DNA from: a virus
Taxonomy: Duplodnaviria; Heunggongvirae; Uroviricota; Caudoviricetes
DNA length: 64,000 nucleotides
IMG/VR virus record: IMGVR_UViG_3300014024_000069
Coordinates: 59,159-123,158 of that record
Reading direction: 5' to 3' (one strand)
Below the pieces are notes generated by a model. It saw only the letters and a list, made by a program, of their open reading frames with translations, was not told where the DNA came from and searched no databases. A program made the translations under genes and the position numbers. Shown here piece after piece: positions 57,402 through 64,000 of the stretch. The stretch's first letter is position 1. Each line of letters starts with the position of its first letter.

Positions 57402-58661
57402 CTATTCAGCTTTCTTTCTCCTGGTTGTGCGTTTTGTTGCCTTCTTTGTCGTGCGTTTGCGGGGTTTCCGCTTAGTTGTGGTTTTACCTGCGGCTTTCTT
57501 TTCTGCGTAAGCTTTACTGGACCGCTCTGACACGGCTTTCGCCTGGTCTATCTGATTCTCACCATTGACAATATCCTCCAGCGTTGAAAAGTACTTCTGC
57601 ATACCTTTCTGAACGCCACCCATAGCGTCTTTGATTTTCTGCTCATCGCCCCCAGTCCAACTAGCAAGGTAAGCCTGCGATGACTTTGAGGTATTCCCCT
57701 CACCATAGGCCCTCAAAATGCCGTAAGCAACCGTCTCCGCCTCCGCTTCTGCCTGTTCTCGTGTGAACTTTCGGTCTGGGTTTCGGGCGATGTGTCCACA
57801 CATGATGTGCCCCATTTCATGCGCAAGCGTCTCAGCTGTCTGCATTCCCTCCAATTCTTCACGTAGAACAATATAAGGCTTGCCGTCTTCCCCTAGTGTT
57901 GCGTATCCTTGTGGCGATCCGATTTCGCTTTGCGGCAATCGCTTAATCTCAATATCCATTTTCTTGGCGACAGCTTCCAAATCCTGAATCATGGAGTCAT
58001 TTGTTTTAGCCTTTGCCATGATTTCTTGTTGCTTTTGGAAATAGTTGTTCAGGGGACTTTGGGGTAGGCTTTTCACCGATTCGTCTAGGTCTTCATTTGA
58101 GAAAACACTATATTCCTTGAACGCTGTGTAATGGGTTTCTTTTTTATCCTTATCTTCCTGTTTGTCATCACTGCCGTTTTCGCTTCCGTTGTTATCGTCT
58201 TCTTTCTTCTTTTTCTTGACAAGGATTGGGCGCAGAATCTTTGCCGCCTTAGCGCCTTTACGCACCTGATAGCCGTCTTCTGCCCATTGCTTATAGGTTC
58301 GGAATGTATGCCCAGTCGGTTTCTGCAACATGAGCAAAATAGTGTTGTTGAACGAATAACTATAGCGACTACGCAGGAAATCCAGGTACTCATCCAATCC
58401 TTCCTGACTTTCCATGATGTTCCGCATGCCGTCACTTAGCTCAGACAGCATCGCTTCCGTAACATCCTTGCCATGCAAACCGGCAAACGACACGCGACCC
58501 TCACTGGTGGTGGCAGCGGAAAGAGTCGCCCCGATAGAGGGAGCTAGGCTCGCCGCCCCCGCTGCGGCGGCCGCTGGGGGTTCGTAGTTCGTGTTTTCCC
58601 TTCCGAAAATCATTCTCTGATGCTCTGAACCTGGTCCGCCATGAGCCATTCCTTTAACCAT
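57402..58661 (-). CDS. ArdC-like protein (ssDNA-binding ArdC-N domain plus C-terminal HExxH metalloprotease) with a 60-aa N-terminal extension carrying the shared leader
   Basis: Strong SD GAGGAA 6 nt before ATG MVKGMAHGGPGSEHQRMIFGRENT. The ArdC-N pattern is SFNNTILLMLQKPTGHTFRTYKQWAEDGYQVRKGAKAAKIL. The metalloprotease motif is LAHEMGHIMCGH. An internal poly-Lys/acidic linker is present. Confidence 0.7.
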   Translation of the reverse strand: MVKGMAHGGPGSEHQRMIFGRENTNYEPPAAAAAGAASLAPSIGATLSAATTSEGRVSFAGLHGKDVTEAMLSELSDGMRNIMESQEGLDEYLDFLRSRYSYSFNNTILLMLQKPTGHTFRTYKQWAEDGYQVRKGAKAAKILRPILVKKKKKEDDNNGSENGSDDKQEDKDKKETHYTAFKEYSVFSNEDLDESVKSLPQSPLNNYFQKQQEIMAKAKTNDSMIQDLEAVAKKMDIEIKRLPQSEIGSPQGYATLGEDGKPYIVLREELEGMQTAETLAHEMGHIMCGHIARNPDRKFTREQAEAEAETVAYGILRAYGEGNTSKSSQAYLASWTGGDEQKIKDAMGGVQKGMQKYFSTLEDIVNGENQIDQAKAVSERSSKAYAEKKAAGKTTTKRKPRKRTTKKATKRTTRRKKAE

Positions 58662-59013
58662 GATTATTCCTCAAATATCCATTCGGTATCTAATGTGAGT
58701 TCTTGCCATTCATTAAGATACCCCACGGGATGGAATACACAATCAACCCCAGCTCAACCAACGCACCAAAAGCATTAACACCCCCATACCCGGCGCGGCG
58801 ATTTTGTTTGTGGAGCGCAGCGCGGTTGAGAAGATTTTCTTGTCCCTCTTTTCCTCCCTCTACCCCTCCATCGGTAGGTCACTAATGGATACATGTTCAG
58901 GGTTGTTGTGCTTTGTGAACACATATAGGAAAACCCCGCATGGTTTTCTTCATGCAGGGTTAATGCGCAGGCTATGAGCGGCGGAGTTGGCTCCTTGCCG
59001 CCCTTGACGGTGC

Positions 59014-59742
59014 TTATTCGGATTTCACTTGTTCGGAGGTGAATTGCTCGAAGTAGTACTTTCCGTCTTGCCCTTTGGCGATGGTGTAGCGCTGGTCGTA
59101 GACCACGGGGCTTGTTCCAGGCAGTTGTAGGTAGAGCCGCACCTCGTAGTCTTTCCCGATGACCACGGGGGTGATTTCCAAGTTGTAGCGGGTGCCTTCT
59201 GGTACCTCGTCGATGTGCTTTTGGATGTAGTCTTTGTCGTACTCTAGGTTGTTCGGGTTGTAGTACTTGATGGCTTTTTCGCCGCTGCGTTCGACGTAGT
59301 ATGCGTAGTTGAATCCGAGAATGACGCTGGTGCCGTTGTCGCGGTTGCCTTTTTGGGAGCCTGAGTGTTTGACACCAACTGACTCTGCGACGGTTACGCC
59401 GTCGGTGTCGGGGTCTTGGTTGTTGTTGCCTCCGTAGTCGAAGTTTTCGCTTGTGGTGGGTTGTTCGGCGGTGGTGTTTTGGTTGTTGTCGCCTCCTCTA
59501 AAGAAGGCGTACCAGATTCCGCCTGCGGCGGCGAGGGCAACAATGACCATGACCGCGATGGGGGCGGCGAGGCTGCGTTTACCATCGTCATCATCTTCTT
59601 CATCGTCGTAGTCGTCGGTGAGGGTGAGGTTGTCTAGGTCGTCGTCATCGTCGCCGTAGTCAAAGTCGTCTTCATCATCGTAGCCGCTGTAGCTGCCTGT
59701 GATGTTTTCGTCCTCGTCGTTGTTTTTGCCGAACAGCGCCAT
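59014..59742 (-). CDS. Membrane protein (~242 aa from the ATG at 59742): acidic N-terminus, one TM helix, extracytoplasmic beta-rich domain
   Basis: SD AAGGAGGA 9 nt upstream of the internal ATG. Poly-D/E stretch; TM helix APIAVMVIVALAAAGGIWYAFF. Confidence 0.5.
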   Translation of the reverse strand: MALFGKNNDEDENITGSYSGYDDEDDFDYGDDDDDLDNLTLTDDYDDEEDDDDGKRSLAAPIAVMVIVALAAAGGIWYAFFRGGDNNQNTTAEQPTTSENFDYGGNNNQDPDTDGVTVAESVGVKHSGSQKGNRDNGTSVILGFNYAYYVERSGEKAIKYYNPNNLEYDKDYIQKHIDEVPEGTRYNLEITPVVIGKDYEVRLYLQLPGTSPVVYDQRYTIAKGQDGKYYFEQFTSEQVKSE

Positions 59743-59814
59743 TCGTGCTGTCCTCCTTTGTTGGTTTGTTGGGTTTGTATATTGTGTTTGTTTTACCACA
59801 TGTGGGGTGTGGTT

Positions 59815-61425
59815 TTATTTGTCGTTGAAGGTGTATCCACCGCCACCTGGAGTGTATGCGCCTTTGACTTTTTCCAGTTGTTTAACGATTTCCTCGACGA
59901 CAAGCTGTGTCTTTTTGTTTTTGTTTGCTTTGTCGTCGGGATGAATGTTCAGTCGGGAGAGGATGCTATTAAGGCGTGTCTCCTGGTCTTTGCCGTTTGC
60001 CGATGCCAGCACATCTACGATGAGGCTCAGTGCGTCTTTTTCGTGGGGTGTGGCGTAGTCAAAGTTACTGTTGTCGGTGGTTTTCTTGTCTTTGAGTGCA
60101 TCGCGGACAAGTTTGCGGACCTCGGAGGTTTTCACGCCACCGTCTTTGTCTTTCTCTAGCCCTTTGAATGCGTCGAAAAGTCGTTGACTGTAGTCGCGCA
60201 TGGCATCAATTTTGTTCATGTTTCCGGTGCCGTCGAAGCGTTGCGGTTTCAGCGATGGGGTGCCGTCGAAGCGTTGCGTGTCGCCGTCGTCTTTGGTGGC
60301 GTGGTGCCCGTTGTTGGCGATGACTCGTGACGCTGTTTCACCCTTGTTGTCCACCAATGTATTGATGTAGTCAAGTTTGGTTTTCTCATCGTAGGGCTGT
60401 TTCATGACTATGCGGATTTCGTCTAGCAAGTCAATGGTTGACGATGGGTGTTTTTCCACAATGGTTTTCATTGTGTTTTCCACGTCGCTGATGCCGGTGT
60501 CCTTATTTTTGAGGGTGTCGGCAAGCGCTTTACGGGCCTCGTTGTCGATGTCCTCGACGGACTGTTTCGGACTGTCGGTGCTGGCGGGTTTGTCCTGTTC
60601 CACGATGGTAACTGTTGGTTCCTCTGGTTTTGGTTGCTGGACCACAGTAACAGGGGTGGATGGTTTCTCAGTGACCGTGATGGTTTGCTGAGGTTGTTCC
60701 ACTGGTTTCGCTTCTACTGTTTGTTGTGGTTGCTCAGCTGGTTTGGGTGCTGGTTGTGCCTCCACTTTTGGTTGCTCTTGCTGCGGCACAGGAACGGGCG
60801 CTGCCGGGGCAGAAGCAGGGGCAGCTTGCGGCTGAATCGGTGGTTCAGGATTCGGGGCCGGTGTCGGTGCGGGAGAAGGGGCAGGCGCGGCAGCAGGAGC
60901 AGCGCCCGGTACCGGCGCCGGTGGTTGCGGTTGCACAGGGGCGGGCGCGGGGGCGGCTTGCGGCTGAATCGGTGCTTGTCCCTGTGCCTGTGGAGCGTCG
61001 CCGCCTTCCCTGTCTTCACATGCCAAACCATCCCCATCAGGATCTAGTGTGATTCGGTAACCAGGCTGATCTTTACCCAATGGCGCTTTGCCTTGGTTTT
61101 TCACTTCCGCGCAGTTGGCAAAGTACACGTCTTGAGGCGGCAGGTCTTGGAGCAGCGTCGGGGCATGCGGCGATAGGGCGCTATCACGTTTGGCATCACC
61201 TGGTAGCGGCTCCCCTTTTTTCAGCAGGTCTAGTTCTTCTTTGGTGGGCAGTGGGTTAATCGGCGGTGGGGTGCGGTTCTTGCCTTTTGTTAATTCACGC
61301 ACCTGCTCCACCGTCGGCAGCGGGTTCACCGGTGGTGGGGTAGCTGCCACTGCGGTTGATTGCCCTATGACGGTACCGGCGGCAAGTGCCGCCAACACTA
61401 CGGTTTTCTTACTGATAATCCTCAC
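59815..61425 (-). CDS. Secreted Pro-rich protein with an Excalibur-type calcium-binding motif (536 aa, GTG start)
   Basis: Signal peptide MRIISKKTVVLAALAAGTVIGQSTAVAA; repeated PPPxNPLPT motifs; DPDGDGLACE (Excalibur DxDxDGxxCE); long PAPAP/QPQ low-complexity linker. Confidence 0.6.
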   Translation of the reverse strand: MRIISKKTVVLAALAAGTVIGQSTAVAATPPPVNPLPTVEQVRELTKGKNRTPPPINPLPTKEELDLLKKGEPLPGDAKRDSALSPHAPTLLQDLPPQDVYFANCAEVKNQGKAPLGKDQPGYRITLDPDGDGLACEDREGGDAPQAQGQAPIQPQAAPAPAPVQPQPPAPVPGAAPAAAPAPSPAPTPAPNPEPPIQPQAAPASAPAAPVPVPQQEQPKVEAQPAPKPAEQPQQTVEAKPVEQPQQTITVTEKPSTPVTVVQQPKPEEPTVTIVEQDKPASTDSPKQSVEDIDNEARKALADTLKNKDTGISDVENTMKTIVEKHPSSTIDLLDEIRIVMKQPYDEKTKLDYINTLVDNKGETASRVIANNGHHATKDDGDTQRFDGTPSLKPQRFDGTGNMNKIDAMRDYSQRLFDAFKGLEKDKDGGVKTSEVRKLVRDALKDKKTTDNSNFDYATPHEKDALSLIVDVLASANGKDQETRLNSILSRLNIHPDDKANKNKKTQLVVEEIVKQLEKVKGAYTPGGGGYTFNDK

Positions 61426-61522
61426 TGGTTTTCCTTATTTTTTGTTAAGCATGTTAGCTTACCCATTTTACCACGGTCACCAGTGAGGAAACTCCCCCGA
61501 AACCCCCGAACCAGCGCAACCC

Positions 61523-62200
61523 CTACTTCCCGCACTGGACTTTAGGCGAGTTCCCCTCAGACGTTTCCTGCGTCTCCACACGCCCATCACGATAGATAGT
61601 GCAGGTAATCTTACCTGTTCCCGATGCCGCCACACCAACAATGGGTTTCACGTCAGCTTTCATGCCAACTTCCTTCTTCCAGGGAAACTTGATGTCTTCC
61701 TGGGAAAGCGGCTTGCCTTCACCATCAAGCCACGACGCGGACGCAGCCTTAATGTCACCCTCTTTGGTGATTTCATATCCGACGACGGACCCGCCATCTG
61801 GCACGGCAACTTGTTTCACCTCTGGTGGTTCAGCAATGGTGTCTCCCTGCGTTGCCGACGAGATGACTTGCTCACCAGCCTGTACTTTTTCGCTGGTTGT
61901 TCCGCTCGGGATGCTTTCATGGTTTACCCCACCCAGATAGTATCCACCCATGAATACGGACACAATTCCCACAACACCTGCAGCGAATTTCCAGGCGAAA
62001 CCCACGATGCCTTTTGTTGTGGGGTCTAGTTTGTTGGGGTCAGGTTTCGGCAACTCTACAGGATCGTCGATAAGGTCAATCGACGGAGGGTATTCCCCCA
62101 TTCCGCCACCGGCGTTCCGGTTGTAGGCTTTCTGCCGAGCAATACGATCAGCAGTGTCATCGTATTCCTCGTACCCTTCCCCGTTTTGGTATCGAGCCAT
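61523..62200 (-). CDS. Membrane protein (225 aa) with a single TM helix and a small extracytoplasmic C-terminal domain (MmpS-like?)
   Basis: SD GGAGG upstream of the ATG. TM helix IVGFAWKFAAGVVGIVSVFMGGYYLGG. C-terminus ...GKITCTIYRDGRVETQ...VQCGK with paired Cys. Confidence 0.5.
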   Translation of the reverse strand: MARYQNGEGYEEYDDTADRIARQKAYNRNAGGGMGEYPPSIDLIDDPVELPKPDPNKLDPTTKGIVGFAWKFAAGVVGIVSVFMGGYYLGGVNHESIPSGTTSEKVQAGEQVISSATQGDTIAEPPEVKQVAVPDGGSVVGYEITKEGDIKAASASWLDGEGKPLSQEDIKFPWKKEVGMKADVKPIVGVAASGTGKITCTIYRDGRVETQETSEGNSPKVQCGK

Positions 62201-62435
62201 CTACAACCTCCCCTCAGAATCCACCAAAAGCTGCGCACATTGCTGCTGTCAAAGCAGCGGATTGTGAGGCTTGAACAGCGGATTGTTCTTCTCGCCGTTG
62301 TCGCCTTCTGCGGCGTTCGTCTTCATCACGCCACTCTGCGGCACGCCGACGATCTGCATCATGATTAGCGCATTTCCTGCCACTTTTCCTACACATTCTT
62401 CTACTCCTTTTAGGTGGTTTTGATCTTTTTAGTGT

Positions 62436-63836
62436 TTAGACCCTCATTGACAGAGTTGCCTGTATTGAGTATAGCAGCTGCTCTTCTGGTTGTGAAGCAG
62501 AACGCCCTGATGCCACAACGTTCAATGGGGTTATCATATCCATCACTAAGCGATCCACGGCGGCGATATTGTTGTGGATGTGGTCAAGGCATTTGCGGGC
62601 AATATTCGCGGCGAACGCCACTACACAATGATTCATCTTCTCATTGGCGGGCGACATTTTCTGCGACTGCGACAACAGATCACGGTGCTGTGACCGCAGT
62701 CCAAAAATCGTCGCCTCAACAAGGTTCAACTCTTCCGAATCGGTGACCCCACCCCAGTAAGTAAACCACTCCGACCCCAGTGTTCCAAATAACGCCATGC
62801 GCTGTGATGAATCCAGGGACCATGCGCACTGCACAATACTGTGCACCTGGTCGCTGTAGGGCGTGTCGTTGGTCGTAGAGTCGTTTTTTTTACCGAGCTT
62901 TAACCCTTTGTTTGACATTCGAGACTCTAGCACGGGGACAGACATGCCTGTATTGTTCGCTGCAGCTGTCAACAATGATGTGCGAGCGTCGATAAGCGTC
63001 AAAGACTGGTACGACATGGTAAGCCACGTCATAAACTGGTTTTCTGGCATGGATTGGTACGCCAATGCCACCAAACCTGCGATCAAATCACCTGCGGATC
63101 CAACAATACGACGAAACCCCTCTGTGTCGCTTTTGGCGGCATCCCACGGGTCCAGCCCACCGCCCATAACGCATAGTCTTGTTCTGGGAACATAGTTGGC
63201 AACCCACGCTGCCTTCAACGCGGCATCCCGCCCCGCGCTGTCGCCGTCGAACAGCACTGTTAGCTCCTCTACACCGCGAACCAGAAACTCATGGTCCCGA
63301 CCAAACGCAGTGCCACACACAGCAACCCCCACCGTGTCAGGCCCCAGCGCTGACGACACGGCAATGGCATCTAGGTTACCTTCACACACCACCACCTGGC
63401 GCGCTCCTTTGAGTTGATGTGCACCGTAAAGGCTGGTTGATTTGTCGAATATGGTGGTTGCGCGGGTGTTGATGTATTTGCTGTCGGGGTTGGTGCAGTT
63501 GATGTTTGGGATTGCGCGGGCGGAGAAGGATTGTACTTGTTTGTTGTGGTTGATGATGGGGAAGAGGATTCTTCCGCGCATGGGGACGTAGAGTTCGTTG
63601 TTGTTTTTGGATTTGTTGGCCATGCCTGTGGCGATGGCGATGGTGGGGTTGTTATCGCAGGCTTGCATGACTATTTCGAGCGCTTGTTTGGGGTTGGGTG
63701 GCATGAGTCCTAGTCCCCATGTGCGCATTTCTTGGTAGGTCATGCCGCGTTGCCATAAGTAGTCGAGTGCTGCTGCTGAGTGGGGGTCTTGCTCCGACAT
63801 GAGGTAGGTGTGGCAGGGTTTTGCGATTGCGCGCAT
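62436..63836 (-). CDS. DnaG-type DNA primase (TOPRIM catalytic core), 466 aa; the gene may extend beyond the window end (N-terminal zinc-binding domain not seen)
   Basis: RNA-polymerase-like core ...ELYVPMRGRILFPI... followed by the TOPRIM signature VVVCEGNLDAIAVS...VLFDGDSAGRDAALKAA (E...DxD). Confidence 0.7.
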   Translation of the reverse strand: MRAIAKPCHTYLMSEQDPHSAAALDYLWQRGMTYQEMRTWGLGLMPPNPKQALEIVMQACDNNPTIAIATGMANKSKNNNELYVPMRGRILFPIINHNKQVQSFSARAIPNINCTNPDSKYINTRATTIFDKSTSLYGAHQLKGARQVVVCEGNLDAIAVSSALGPDTVGVAVCGTAFGRDHEFLVRGVEELTVLFDGDSAGRDAALKAAWVANYVPRTRLCVMGGGLDPWDAAKSDTEGFRRIVGSAGDLIAGLVALAYQSMPENQFMTWLTMSYQSLTLIDARTSLLTAAANNTGMSVPVLESRMSNKGLKLGKKNDSTTNDTPYSDQVHSIVQCAWSLDSSQRMALFGTLGSEWFTYWGGVTDSEELNLVEATIFGLRSQHRDLLSQSQKMSPANEKMNHCVVAFAANIARKCLDHIHNNIAAVDRLVMDMITPLNVVASGRSASQPEEQLLYSIQATLSMRV

Positions 63837-64000
63837 TGCCTGGTAGAGGGTTTGTTTTTTGATGCCGTTGTTTTGCGCCAGTAGCTCATCGGGGATGGTG
63901 ATGTTGTGGGCGTGTGCTAGGTCTTCTGCTGCATCAAGGGGGTTGTCTATTTGGTTGAGGATTTGGTGCAGGGTGATGATGTCGCCGTGCTCTTGCCCGT

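Noticed and set aside
62214-62396. 60-aa minus-strand ORF rich in Arg, Glu and Asp between the membrane protein and the primase
   Set aside because: Short, low-complexity, and overlapping a + strand ORF; it sits in an intergenic leader (ctacaacctcccctcagaatcc...) more likely to hold the promoter or RBS region of 61523..62200.
1-64000. CRISPR arrays, IS elements or transposases, integrase or recombinase genes
   Set aside because: No regularly spaced direct repeats with unique spacers were seen, and no DDE, serine or tyrosine recombinase motifs were recognised in any ORF translation. The only repeat structures are those reported above.

Overview
This 64-kb window reads as part of a large mobile element, most likely a jumbo-phage-like or conjugative element from an actinobacterial-type host. 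The host assignment is inference from the gene content: a class Ib NrdH-NrdE pair, an Rnl5/DraRnl-like RNA ligase, an ArdC-like protein, an MmpS-like membrane protein, and a GC-rich CCCGGCGCGCC motif in a roughly 45-50% GC background. Composition: coding strands are strongly A+C-rich and T+G-poor throughout. Positions 1-8290 form an ORF-free stretch with extreme A+C excess on the + strand. It carries five copies of a GGGGYGAGGGGCG-NNRA-GCCCC hairpin motif, several CCCGGCGCGCC motifs, degenerate direct repeats, a 38-bp inverted-repeat pair and a + strand tRNA-Ser. After a small XRE regulator come three tandem paralogous large membrane proteins (9080-17040) with conserved N- and C-terminal domains and variable middles containing Hint (Hedgehog/intein)-like modules; the middle copy is frameshifted. 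The window then contains two tightly packed minus-strand tRNA arrays (Leu-Asn-Trp-Pro-Gln; Ile-Met-atypical-Arg-Glu) plus a solo tRNA-Leu(CAA). Further genes encode SLOG/YoqJ-like, NERD and ImmA/IrrE-like proteins, a ClpB-like Hsp100 ATPase carrying two class-3 (Trp-Cys-Thr) inteins at the Lys/Thr junction of both Walker A motifs, an SPFH/Band-7 cluster and a HigA-like HTH protein. A leftward operon encodes a 1296-aa membrane-anchored transglycosylase/M23/NlpC-P60 multi-hydrolase followed by anchored surface proteins. Remaining genes encode an Rnl5-type RNA ligase, an AAA+ (MoxR-like) ATPase, a 791-aa GHKL ATPase, an HNH endonuclease, NrdE and NrdH (no NrdI or NrdF), a class A PBP, a metallophosphoesterase, an ArdC-like protein, secreted and membrane proteins, and a DnaG-type primase. 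Two unrelated proteins (ArdC-like and a 229-aa protein) share a ~22-aa N-terminal leader, a candidate targeting propeptide. All calls come from reading the sequence and ORF translations only; no database search was possible.
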